A stretch of 64,000 nt of DNA, from contig OX597820.1 of NCBI GenBank assembly GCA_951406725.2, positions 70,494,001 through 70,558,000 on the forward strand, read 5' to 3'. A model generated the notes under the pieces. That model was not told where the DNA came from, did not search any database, and saw only the letters and a list, made by a program, of their open reading frames with translations. Of this stretch, positions 12,185 to 25,100 are shown in pieces. The position numbers and the translations under genes were made by a program. The stretch's first letter is position 1. Each line of letters begins with the position of its first letter. This DNA is from Octopus vulgaris (taxonomy: Eukaryota).

Positions 12185-14250
12185 TTTCTTTATTGGCCAC
12201 ATAGGGCTAAACACAGAAGGGACAAATGCAAATGTAGAGCTTTTCTTTTCGAAAATGAAAAACAAAAACGATAAAAAAGAGAAAGAAAAAGTAAAATTCT
12301 GATCAAAAGGGATCGTAAAAAGAAGGCGATCAAAAGGGATCATGTATCACAGAAGAATTTTGAAAATGTAAAAAGCAAGATTAGGTTTATCCATGGAAAG
12401 AAAAGCCAACGGAAAAGACCACGGTAGCCTAAGGCAGGGAGGGAATAAACGCATGAGAGCAAAGTGCTCTCTCTCTCTCTCTCTCTCTCTCTTTCGATTT
12501 ACAGGATCGTGCTCAAAGTGGTTTCGTCACTCGCACGCACCATCTTTGCTACATTCACTCACCATTTTTTGAAACTTTCACGAGAAAAAACCCTGCCTCT
12601 TCACTCTCACTTCCCTTTTCATGTGGTACATGAAGAAGTTGATGAGCGATGGGCCAGAGAGGTAAGTGTTTGTCTCTAATCCTTTCGCTCGAGCCCACCA
12701 TACACACATTCTTTCACTATGGCCACCAGTACGATGAATACTGCCTTGCCTTGCGGGTTTGAGGGAAAGTGGCGGGGCAATTGTCACAATAGACTGGGCC
12801 GACAGGCGGGCTTGTCCCATACGTGACAGCAGCCGTTCGGCATAAGCCCACAGGTCCGAAATAGTTGGACACTGCAAGAGTGCGTGCAGAACGGCTTCGT
12901 CGCTCTGACTGCATCGCGGGCAAGTCGGTCCAGTGTGTTTCGAGCCGTGCCTGTAGAGCTTATCCTGAACAGGTAATGCTTCTCGATAGCACTGCCAGGC
13001 CAAGGATCTTTGGTGATTCTCCCGGCCCGAAAATTGTCCTGAACAGCCGGGTCAGGTGATCCTCGTTGACACCCAGATTCTGCCCGAGAACGTCGTCGCA
13101 TCTCCCCTCCTTCTATAGAACACCTTTGTTGTAATGAAGTCGCACAAGTTTGGTCCTTGAGAGTAACGCGACACTCCCGGTGCCATTCGCCTAGCCTCGG
13201 TTTCTGTTTGATCCACGAGCTGCGGGAAAGTGAGCCGCACAAACGGCGACCACACCTGTTCACTGTCATCTATGAAGCGCCGGAGATGTCGCAGTTTCAG
13301 CGCACGTCTATGCATCATCAACCACGACATGCCTAGCCCTCCATTTTGCGGGTGGATCGCCTAACCATCGGAACGCCTAACCATCGGAACGCTTCCCTTC
13401 CACAAAAAGCGGAAGAATATGCGTTCCAGTTTGGTGATGGTAGGGTCGGAACAAGGTACGACGGTCAGACGGTAATCGATGACAGATGCAATGTACGCGT
13501 TCGCCACCTCCGCCCGACCTTTTAGGGATATCTTCCTCTTAGCTCATTGCTGGGTGAGAGTGGCCACCCTAGTCGTTATTTTGCCCCAGTTCTTCTCCAT
13601 TTGGAGGTCCAGACCGAACCGAGCAATTTAACCGGTCCGTCGGTCCAACGTCCCACGATGGAGACGCTGTTGGACGGCATGGGCTTGCTTCTCCAGGTGC
13701 CGAGCCCCAAGCCCACTCAATTTTTCCGGTTAATTTTTGCTCCTGTTACCGCTTCGTATTCTTTTAGTGTCTCGCCGACCAGGTCGATGTGCTTGTGGCT
13801 CGACACTATGACGGTGACGTCGTCCGCGTAAACAGACACGCTCCTCCCGCATCCCAGCTCTCGTGGTGTGCCCCTCAGCATCTCCAGCTTCCGCAATATT
13901 GGCTCAAGAGTCAATACATACAGAAGCGACGAGAGCGAGCATCCTTGACGAACCGAACGCATGATATTAAAAGGTCTGGATAGATGACCATTTACGCGAA
14001 CTACCGAGCGGATGTCGCTGTATAAGGCAGCGATCCAACCGCGGAAGATGGGACCGAAACCAGCCGCTCTAAGGACAGCCTCCAAGTAGTGATGGTCTAC
14101 TCTATCGAAAGCTTTTAATTGATTCAAATTGATCAGCGCCCCACCCATGCCAGGTTCCTTAACTACACTGTCTATGATGTAACGCATCAGATGGGGGTTG
14201 TCATGGATACTCCTACCCGGCACGGCGCACGTTTGCACTTTGTCTACTAG
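12185..14250 (-). mobile_element. 5'-truncated Tx1/L1-clade LINE (ORF2 RT plus C-terminal zinc finger), degenerate
   Basis: LINLNQLKAFDRVDHHYL, SVRQGCSLSSLLYVL, YADD and CPRCSQSDEAVLHALLQC across broken ORFs 13717-14310, 13052-13330 and 12578-13003; 3' end at AATAAAGAAAT followed by (CTAT)n. Confidence 0.9.
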
Positions 14251-14438
14251 ATGGATAGATAGATAGATAGATAGATAGATAGACACAGATAAAAGCAGAG
14301 AGATGTGCAAGCAAGTAAGGAGAGTGTTTATATTGGATAAATCTTCAAATGCCGAGACAGATATGCTTACTTTTCGGTGATATTGTTTTGTTTTATTTTG
14401 TTGGGTTTTTTGCGTGAAAGTGTGCGATTATAAAGATA

Positions 14439-14799
14439 CTAGCAGTATCGCCCGGCGTTGCTCGGGGTTTTTTTCGACCCTTTAGTATTGGAATGTTTGA
14501 AAATTAAAAATTTTGCATTATGTAGCTTGTTATTCTCTTTAAGTGAACATTTTTCTGGTGAAATACACTGAAAAATGTCGACACAGCAGGGATTTTCATA
14601 GAAAAAAAGCACCTTTTTCATGTAAATAATTTTTGATCATAATATGGTTCGATTTGAATTTTATCTTCTACGAAATGAAGAGCTAGCCTTCTTCTATCAT
14701 ACTTTCAATTTTAGTCAACTTACGCCGCAGGGTCTCGCAGGAGATAGTGTTAGTTGAAGGCTACCAAACCTGCCACACTCAGACAACTTCAGCTATAGA
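14439..14799 (-). mobile_element. Non-autonomous Helitron
   Basis: Minus strand begins A|TC and ends with hairpin CCCGAGCAACGCCGGG followed by ..CTAG|T. Confidence 0.7.
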
Positions 14800-17039
14800 T
14801 AACCCTAACCCTGACATCCACTCACTTGCAGAAAATGCATTGTTTCGGGCCTTTGTTATCGAGATAGAGATTTGAAACGTACTCTGGCCGTAACTACACC
14901 ACGCCTTCTATAGGTGAGTAAATTTTTCAGCTCGATCCTAGCACGTCTAGTGCCATTGAACCCATACCAAAGCCAAAGTGTGCAAGTTTTTTTCCTCTTT
15001 TATATAGGTACATAAATGCCAGAAAAAATGAAAGAAAGAGCAAGACTAAAGCTAAATATCACAAGGAAAACTTTGGTATTTACAATTCCAATGTCACGAT
15101 TTGGAACGTTTCGGTGGAGATTATTGATTTTTTTAACAGAACCACAATGCATCCAACTTGGGTGAAAGGATCATTACTTGACTTCCGTAGATTATCCACT
15201 CCGAAATAATGAAATGTAATATTGACCTTGGTGATGTTTGAACTCAGAACGTACCGAACCGTAACTAAATATTGCAAGACATTGTTTCCGATGCTCAAAA
15301 ATTGAATTCTCTATTGAGCACGAGTCCTAAAACAGATGGGACGGTACAAGGACAGACAAAGACAGTTAAGGTGGGGACAAAACAGTGAATGAAAATCAAT
15401 ACGTGTACAAATGACGATAGACATCCTTGCCTGAACCCCACCCTCTAGCAATCGCGTTTCTACCGTTTATTTCAGTCCATTTACCGGTTAAATTATTGAC
15501 ACAAATAATACTTACTCTATAAAATGAAGATCTAAATCTTCATATGTTATCTCCGAGGGCAGGGTTTCAAACTTCACCCTCTCTCCTATTAAATATACAT
15601 CAGTTTTTAAGATTTTTTTTTTGGCAGGTCTATTATAATGCATTTTGTATCAGGTGGGTGTAATTTGGACAGCCCAACACTAGTAATATTTCCAAATCTA
15701 CTAATAGTCTTCTCAATGGATTTACTGGGTTTTGTAAGCTGTTAAATAACCAATTTTCAATGTCAGGGTTTGAATGTCTGTAGATGTCTGTTCGCTGGGA
15801 GTTTCGATGCTGTAAACATCTGTCTATCTACAGACTTAGTTCAACAAATATTACTAAATGCGAAACAAAACTATAATTTTCTTATTACACATCACATATA
15901 ATGATTTCAAATAATACTTCCACATTAGCTGAACCAACAAAAGTGATGAACTGGCAGAATCGTTAGCCTGTCAGAAAAATGCTTAGCAGCTTTTTTTCCG
16001 GTTCTTTGCGATCTGGGTTCAAATTATGCCGAGGTCAACTTTGCCTTTCTTTCTTTCGTGCTCGATAGAATAAGTACAAACCAAGTAGCAAAATTAGAAA
16101 AACAAATATATTAAAACCGATACCATTTCTCGATGTTGTGTGATTAACAACATTTCTTTCATACCCTTATAATAGAACTCTTAAAACATTGTATTTTGAA
16201 ACAATAAGTTTTCAAGCAAACCATTAATTGATTCAGTCATCACTCTACTAAATATTTTATGTGATATAAAGTCTTTCACTAAACATAATGTCTTGGTAAA
16301 ATGTCTTGGTTGAATTATCTATTCTCTGCAGTAAAACCGATTCCAAAAAGCTGCCAAGGTGAATATTTACGTTTAGTATGTTCCCAATTTTACTTTAAAG
16401 TAATGAGCCTGGAGCAGCAATCATGGTTTGGTTTTATTTTTCGGCTTTACAGACATCTGTAATGTTTCTGAAATATCCCTCAATTACCTTTCCTCTCTCT
16501 ACATCAGTTATATGAATATTGGTTGCCGGATGGATAAGGTAACAATTGCAGCACACACATACACACACACACACAGCTGAGAATTTTGGGGGTTCGTATC
16601 CTATAAACATTACATTGCAACTGTAGATATGACAGCCGTTTCTTAAACGTCAAGTCTCTATATTGCTGAAAACATTTAACTTAATTCTCTATGGACCGCA
16701 AGGACTGTAAATTGGATTTCAAACCAACTTCATAACCATTCAGCCATACTTCTACTTGTGACGGAGTACTTTTGCCTTACATGCGACACGAAGCTACTAA
16801 ATCTTACATGTATGTATGTGATTTCATTCACTAAATCAAAAGAACTATAAAGTACAATAACTAAGAAACATAAAAAAAAGTGTTCAAACTATAAAATAAC
16901 GAATTGTATTGTCTGGAACATGATACATTCTTTTCTTCTCAACATAAAATGTATTCCCTTATTCGCATTGCTTTCTGTTATTATTTACCGACACAGAACA
17001 TAGCTAGTTTATTTCATCGGATTTTGTTCTTTTATTTCT

Positions 17040-19190
17040 ATCCCGCCGAGGCCAACATTTTGCCTTTCACCTTTTCGAGATCGAAAAAATAAAGCACCAG
17101 ACAAATACTGAGTTCGATTAACCTTCTTACCTATAAATTACTAGCCTTGTGTCAAAATTAGAAAAAGAGTGCTGCTGGCTGGAAGAATCTGTAGCACGAC
17201 AAAATATTTAGCGGCATTTCTTCCGGATTTACGTTGAGAGTTTGTCTTTCAATGTTTCGACGCTGATTAAATAAGCGTCAGTTCAGCACTGGCCTCGCTA
17301 TAATCAGCTATCTCTACCCTTAAAATTGCTGGCATTGTGCCAAAATTTTGAACCATGGGATTTATCGGGTATGTTTTATAAATAAAAATAATTGACTTGT
17401 TTTGAGATGTTTTTACGATACTGAAGAGTATTTAATGCGATACATATTTCCAATATTTATGAGTTCAAATTTCACTGAAGCTAATTTTTTCCTATTCGTT
17501 AAAACATTGGTTTCAATTTTTTCACGCTAGGCTAGCAACATCGGAGGAAAGTCGATTATATCGACCCCTAAGCCGGCGAGTTGGCAGAACCGTTAGGATG
17601 CCGGGAGTAATACTTAGCAGCATTTCGTCTGTCTTTACGTTCTGAGTTCAAATTCCGCCGAGATAGACTTTGCCTTTCATCCTTTCGGAGTCGATAAATT
17701 AGGTACCAGTGAAAAACTGGGGTCGATTTAATCGACTGGTCCCCCCCCCCCCCCACAAAGTTTCAGGTCTTGTGCCTATAATAAAAAGGATCATATCGAC
17801 CCTTGTACTCAACTGTTATTTATTTTATCGACCCGGAAAAGATAGAAAGCAAAGTTGACCTCAGCGAAATTTGAACTCATATCGGCTCGAATACCAAAGG
17901 ATGAAGAAAGGGTAAAGTTGACTTCGGTGGAATTTGAACTCACAACGTAAAGACAGACGAAATGCTGCTAAACGTTTTATCTGGTGTTCTAACGGTTCTT
18001 GCAGATAGTGGTTGTCCGAGTTTTCAAACAAATGGTTTCAAATTTTGGCTCAAGGCCAGCAATTTGAGGGGAGGGGTAAATTGATTACATGATGGCCTGA
18101 AAGGAGGAAAAGGAAGGTCGATCGCGGTAGAATTTGAACTCAGGAAGTAAAGACGGACGAAATGTCGCTCATCCATTTGCCCAATGTGCTAACGACTCTG
18201 CCAACTCGCCGCCTCCTGAGTCTTTAAAAAAGTACCAGTGAATTGTTGTGGTCGATTTAATTAACTGTTCAATCTTGTCAGTAAAGGTGATGAGCTAGCA
18301 GAATTGTTAACATGTCGGACAAAAATGCTTTCAAATCCTGCCTAGTCAACTTTGCCTTTCATCCTTTCGGTGTAGAAAACATACAAGTACTGGAAGAAAT
18401 GGGTGTGGTGGGGTTGACGTAATCGACTTATATCCTCCTCTAAAGTTACTAGCCTTGTGTTAAAATCTGAAATCACAATAGCATTTATGGGAAAGTGGCA
18501 AGCAAGCAGAATCACTGTACTACTGGACATACAGCTTTGTTATTTTTTCCGTCGGGTTTTTTACGTTCTGTGTTCAAATACCGCTGAGGTCAACATAGCG
18601 CTTCATCTTTTTGGAATCGAAAAAAAAAAAACAGTCAAGTGCTGGGGGCTCGATGCTGACCTAGGACCCTCTAACATTCCGGGACAGTGTTCTGTTCTCT
18701 GTCGCTTAAGCCACAGAAGCCGTGTAACCTAAGACACGAGAAAATGAAATCCTCTCAAATTGTATACTTGTTACTCTGTGAAGAATCAAGTTACACATCT
18801 TTCTCTAAGCTATTAATTGAGTATCAAGAGGAAGTATATTCCCGAATTAATAAATATTGTTTTCAGATTTTGGCACAAGGCTAGTAATTCCTGTGGAAGT
18901 GGAAGTCGTTTTTATCGACCTCAGTGCACAGCTGGTGCCTATTTTATCGATCCGAAAATGATGAAAGGTAAAGTTGACCCCATGCGCCTAAGCATTGGTA
19001 CGAAGCTAAAATTTCGGAGGAAAGAGGTAAATCGAGATAAATCGTTCAACTGATTCTTACTTTATCGATCCGGAAAAGGACGAAAGGCAAATTTGAACTA
19101 GGCAGAATTTGAACCCAGAACGTAAAACAGGATGAAGTGCTGCTAAGCATTATTCCCGGCGTTCTAACGATTCCGCCAGCTCACTGCCTT
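17040..19190. mobile_element. Dense cluster of SINE family C copies in both orientations
   Basis: Central domain or its reverse complement recurs at ~17050, 17660, 17830, 17910, 18100, 18350, 18590, 18950 and 19070. Confidence 0.75.
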
Positions 19191-20006
19191 CGACTTAGCA
19201 AATATTCAGTTTGATTGATATTGGTTATGTTTAGCCCTAGATCAACCCTGATTCAACAAAGCCATGATTAAAAGAGCTCCAGCCAAGATCATCCCATTCT
19301 TGTCTTTTGGGCAGTTTCCTGATGACTGCGATAACAAATATTTGCTTCCTTTTTAAAACAGTAAGGATTTAAGGGACAATTAGCTACACTTTCTACTAGG
19401 TAAAAGGTCGACTTGGTTTCCTTCTATAATTCGCGAAGCTGCCTACATGAATATCTTTTGTCCTGATTTTAATTCCAGTTAACGTCGGAAGCCGTTTTGT
19501 GGCTCTTAATTCATTAATTCATTGGAAGTTATATTAATGTCGCAAATACTCATTTCCTTTCCACTATATCTCTGAAGCTTTATATGTTTTGAGAAATCGA
19601 TAGTACAATTAACACACACATATATAAATTTTGCTTGTTTCAGTCATTAGACTGCAGCCATGCTGAAACACCGCTTTGAAGAATTTTTTAGTCGAATGAA
19701 TCATTCCCAGTAATTATTCTTTTTAAACTTTGTACTTATTTTATCGGTCTCTTTTTACCGAACAGCTAGATTACGGGGACGCATGCAAATCAACACCAGT
19801 TGTCAAAAACAGACACACACACACAGAAACACATATATACATACAACGGGCTTCCTCGATTCAGCACAACGTGTGTTTATAGGGAATGTATAATCAAATG
19901 TGGAAATTGACGATTTAAAGTCTGTTACCAGCATATTGGCATAGAAATAATTTTTCTTTTGCCCTTGTTTATAAGTCATATATATATATATACACATACA
20001 TACATA

Positions 20007-20219
20007 CAGGGTAACCCGAAAGTAGGTTTACAGTTATTCAACTATCTTTTTCGCATTCATATATTAGCAGTTTAAATCTTAATTATAAAAAAGACATGAA
20101 ACCATTATTCTATGCTAATTTAGTTAATTGTAAGATAGAAATTTAAATATAATAAAATGTTTTAAAAGTAATATAAAGTGCCTACGTAATAATTGTAAAC
20201 CTACTTTTGGGCCACCCTG
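20007..20219. mobile_element. Tc1/mariner-type MITE
   Basis: TA|CAGGGTAACCCGAAAGTAGGTTTACAGTTATT ... AATAATTGTAAACCTACTTTTGGGCCACCCTG|TA; ~32-bp TIRs with TA target duplication. Confidence 0.85.
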
Positions 20220-20870
20220 TATATATATATATATATATTAAACGGTACAGTTGAAGTTTTATTCTATTATCTATTTACGGACTATAGATCAGCATGATCG
20301 TTGGAGTGTGGGCCGGACAAAGTGACTTGTAGTATTTCTTTTTGAATCTCTATAATATGTGTCCAAATCCTGCCGAGCTAAAATTTCTGCCGGTAACTAA
20401 TCGAATACTAGGACTGAGATAATCTAAATTTGAGGTAGATCTTGTGACGGTGGAAATAATTATCTAGCCGTTCAAACCTCATCGAGGTTGACTTTGCTGA
20501 CCGTTCCAGCAAAATAGACAAAATAAGAACTAGACATAAATTAGGTTTTAGTTGACAACGTTCTGCCCCTGCCGAACAAAAAATTGATACTCATTAAAAT
20601 CTAACAGGCGAACCGGCATAATCGTTAGTGAGGCAGGCAAAATACTTAGTGGCATTTGGTCTCTTTGTACGTTCTGAGTTCAAATTGCGCTGAAGTCAAT
20701 CAACTTTACTTTTCATCCGTTTGGGGTCAATAAAATAAGTATCAGTAGAGCACTGAGGTTGATGTAATCAACTTAGCTCCGCCCCCAAATTGCCGGCCTT
20801 GTGACAAAATTTGAAACCAATATTTTTTTAAAATACAAGAAAGATAGCTTAAAATTGCAATTGAACTTAC

Positions 20871-21038
20871 ATCCACCAATGTAGTAATGGCATCCTCATT
20901 CTCCAGTCTTGGCTTGATTGTTGATTCACTACTATCGATGGCATCAACTGTGTCATCCCCATGATACCATGTACCCGTCTTGCACATCATCTCTCTTCGT
21001 AGTTGACAATGAGCGCACCGCCATTTCCCGCGTATACT
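20871..21038 (-). CDS. Internal coding exon (168 nt, phase 0/0): C-terminal half of a RIM/rabphilin/Slp-type FYVE-like zinc finger plus Rab-binding SHD2-type motif
   Basis: Acceptor ttatatttgtAG at 21040/21039 and donor GAT|GTAAGT at 20870. Translation SIRGKWRCAHCQLRREMMCKTGTWYHGDDTVDAIDSSESTIKPRLENEDAITTLVD fits the family pattern WxCxxC...(S/T)GxW(F/Y). Confidence 0.88.
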
Positions 21039-21334
21039 CTACAAATATAATGTAAATTTTTTATGAGTAAATATTTAATAGAAAACTCTGAGAAATTTTA
21101 TGTTTAATTATAACGAACATTAAACATTTAAAGCACACGATTTCAAACATTTTTTCGTGTTTTTAAAGTATAAATGCAGCAATGTTATTACTCATAACTT
21201 GTTTGTTTATTCTTTTTGTATTTTGTTTACAAGATTCTTGTTATGAACTCATATGCTGAAACAGATTTTATTGTATCGCAGGAGAGTCATTATACTAATA
21301 AACACATACACACACTGGCTCTGTTTCAGTTTTA

Positions 21335-21370
<36 letters not shown>

Positions 21371-21372
<2 letters not shown>

Positions 21373-21913
21373 GAGTGAAAGAGTAGTACATGCCATCAAA
21401 GTGACACTGGAGTAAAATATACGAAGCCCAGTATACCCATCATGACTACCTGTCTGATAAGGGTACACTAGGCACATGCATCACTACCATATGTGCACGA
21501 CATGGTGATCTCATATCAAGATAAACATGACCTTGCAGGTGGGGCCCAGTTAGAATTTTCTTCAGGATGAGTAGCCCATCCCACTCAAAAGGTCCCTGGA
21601 TAAGGATTGTTTAAGGATGTTGAACGAACCACCCCTGTTTCCAAAGGTGAATTATCTAAGAATTCCTTTCAACACACGGCTATGATGCTCCCCCACTACT
21701 TCTGCTCGTGATCAGAGATGCACATATCGTCAGCCACTAAGGAACATGCTCAACTGGTTACGGTCAAACAACTGGCAAGCAAACCTGTGGTACTGAGCAG
21801 AATATTTGCTGTAGCCATCTTTTATGTCAAGACAAAACAATGTGCATGATAACACTTCCAATCAGTTAAGATCAGAAGCCACGAGAGCCACTACCCGGTA
21901 CTGCATCAGGGCA

Positions 21914-21915
<2 letters not shown>
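21371..21915 (-). mobile_element. ~550-bp non-coding interspersed element embedded in (AAT)n (family D)
   Basis: Homologous to 34081-34620, 35045-35185 and, inverted, 39766-40375; (ATT)n on both sides. Confidence 0.8.
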
Positions 21916-21945
<30 letters not shown>

Positions 21946-22170
21946 GTCAATTAGTTAATATTTACCCAAGTAACTGAACGATAGTTTGATTAAGTAATAG
22001 GTAATTGGTTAAATATTAATTGACGAATAATAAAAAGAAGTGAAATAGAACTAGTGCATGTGGTTATTATTCGTGTCACAACCTTCCCGAGATACAACAA
22101 AGCTGTTTTTCGTTTACTTCTTTAACTTCCACAAGGTACACATACACTCATATATATATACGTGTGTGTG

Positions 22171-22235
<65 letters not shown>

Positions 22236-22727
22236 GAAAGATATATATATAATGTTACAAAAGAAAATGGAAACTATATGTGGAAATGTAAGGGGAAAGT
22301 AAGAAGAAAAATAAGCGAAAATGCACATCAGAAATTTTAAAAAAACGGTAAAGGCTTTTTATGAAAAGTAACGATAGATATATACAATTAGATGAACTGA
22401 GGTAAGAATATAAGTAATAAAATTCATTATTGGGAATTGTTAAAGAGATTCTAAAGCATACCGATTTCGTGAATTCACTAACCATTGCTTTGAATGCAGA
22501 GAGAGAGAGAGAGAAATGTCTAGATATATATGTGTATGTATGTTCTATAGATCGAATGAGACTGAGTGGAATCGATTTTAATATGCCCAACTAAAACAAT
22601 ATAAGTTCCTTAGTAGAACTATACAATATGCTGATCATACACCAGTCTATGCAAATAACGGGGAAAAATTGTAGATATTATTCTCTTGTGATGGTTATGA
22701 GGAACACGATCAACAAGCTAAATATAA

Positions 22728-22910
22728 TACTTTCTACTATAAGTACAATGCCTGAAATTTGGGGAAGGGTAATATTTGATTACATCGACCTCGAAAGGAT
22801 GCAAGGTAAAGTTGACCTCGACGGAATTTGAACTCAGAACGTAGCGGCAGATGAAATACTGCTAAGCATTTCGCCCGGCGTGCTAACGATTCTACCAGCT
22901 CACCGCCTTA
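22728..22910 (-). mobile_element. SINE family C
   Basis: Reverse complement of head AAGGCGGTGAGCTGG and of the central domain. Confidence 0.75.
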
Positions 22911-23346
22911 CAAATGAAATATAATAAAAAATAGAAGGTAGGATAATCATGCAACTCCAACTCATAGCTTCTAAAGATAACCCAGAAGAATATTGTATCA
23001 TGAAGGTGTATTTTCTGAAAAATAAATTTTAGAATCTTTAAGGATCATATAACCAGTGCTTCAAAACACATTTGTATCAAAAGCAGATGTGATTTCGATG
23101 CCTCCCTTTTCGTACGTGAACAAGACTTTTATCACAAGCACATACAAAGTTGAACATGGCTTACACACGCTCAACCTAATTTTAAAATTTTTGACAAGAC
23201 ATTCAATAAAATAATAGCATTCTTATGTGTTTTAACAATGGATGAAGCATTTCATTATAAACAATTACTCGACAATAAACCACTAAAGCAAAACATTTGC
23301 ACACAACTGAAAAGAGCTGTATTTAACCTAGATACAAGAGATGTAG

Positions 23347-23420
23347 TTAACACATAAAGCGCGATGCGCCACGATCGTGGCCATCAAGCACAGGTTGACA
23401 GGCCACGATCGTGGCCCAGA
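23347..23420. mobile_element. Possible piggyBac-type terminus with subterminal palindromes
   Basis: TTAA|CACAT.. followed by two copies of palindrome GCCACGATCGTGGC; no partner end found. Confidence 0.35.
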
Positions 23421-24687
23421 TAAATGCCTTTAATTTATGGGCGTTTGTTGGGGTCTAATGTCACTCAAACGCTCTGATACCCCCTAGAACGCAAGAGGAC
23501 TTATAGTTCAACTAATGACTTTTCAGACGATGTAAAACTTGCCGCCATTATATACAAAGAAGATATTTTAACTATTTTTTTTGTTTTTTATGTGTGCATA
23601 GCTGTCTCATTTTCATAAAATGTGCTCAACAGTTCATGCTATGTAAATGCAAATCCCAGCATCTATGGTTTAACCCAGATTCGATGTTCCATGTCAGTAT
23701 TTTTAAGGCAGTGCTTTAATCATTGTATATAGTTTATATGGGTTCTTTTGCTCGTCTAGGTTGCTCACATTTTTTTACAGCATTTAGTTCGTAAAAACTT
23801 CTCAGGCCCCAATAATTTTTCAATTCCTTTGTTTTTGTGTTGCTTCAATTTAATCAATTTATCCTTCCCCCAACCCCAATATCATAGCTTAAAACACCCT
23901 CCGTCAAAAGTGAACTTTTCAGCATTTTAAATGATTAGCGATCTTCCCTAAGGAAGAACATATGTGTAAACATCTTTTGCTTTAGAAACGGGAAATGCAC
24001 ATAAAGTTTTCGTTTAGGAAAGAAATAGATTTTTAAAACATTTTTTGCTCTGTCAAATTAATAAATTAGAAGCAAACCTTACTAATTTCTATGCATATTT
24101 TTATATTAGCACGTTCTTTCAATTTCAAAGAAGCCATTGAAATGATTTTCATAGTCAGATTGTGAATTGTGCATCAGTGATTTTTTTAAAAAATAATTGT
24201 AGTAAAATATTGATACAAGGAATACGAAAATATTCAATGTTTTCTTCAGCAGACAGATATTACAGTTATTCATGATTTTTTATGTGCTCGCTTTTCACCT
24301 ATTAATTATTCCATGATGTATCATTATGGGGGTAAATGGTCTAGTGGTTATAATGTTACACTCACGATTGTGAGATTGCAGTTTCAGTTCCTAGACCGGG
24401 TGATGAGTTGCACTCTTAAGCAAAATATTTCATCTCGTGTTGCGGTGCGATCAATTCGAGACCCGACGAGTGGTACACTGACAAGTGGTACACTGATACG
24501 TCATGTGATGGAGAGAGTGAGCTAATGCTCAGCACATACATTTGTACTAATCATTTTGCACAGGTTTGTTCAGTAAAAAATTGTAGGAACGTCTTTTTTC
24601 GGACAACGAGAGACTACCATCATCAATGCATCAGGGCAGCAGCGTGTGTTAATCACACTGTCACCAGTGACAATAGGAACTCTTACC

Positions 24688-24894
24688 CTTTTACTCGTTT
24701 CAGTCATTTGATTGTGGTCATGCTGGGGCAACGCCTTTAGTCGAGCAAATCGACTCCAGGACTTTTTCTTTATGAGTCTAGTACTTATTCTACCGGGCTC
24801 TTTTGCCGAACCGCTAAGTTACGGGAACGTAAACACACAAGCATCGGTTGTCAAGCGATGTTGGGGGGGGGCACAAACACAGACACACATACAT

Positions 24895-24937
<43 letters not shown>

Positions 24938-25100
24938 CGAAAGCCTTCTTTCAGTTTCCGTCTACCAAATCCACTCACAAGGCTTTGGTTGGCCCGAGGC
25001 TATAGTAGAAGACAGTTGCCCAAGATGGCACGCAGTGGGACCGAACCCAGAACCATGTAGCTGGAAAGCAAGCTACTTATCGCACAGCCGGTCTTGCGCT
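24688..25100 (-). mobile_element. SINE family A, full copy
   Basis: Reverse complement of the 2228-2670 layout. Confidence 0.85.

Noticed and set aside
15390-15860. Coding-like decayed minus-strand segment
   Set aside because: May be a retroelement remnant but no recognisable motif could be assigned.
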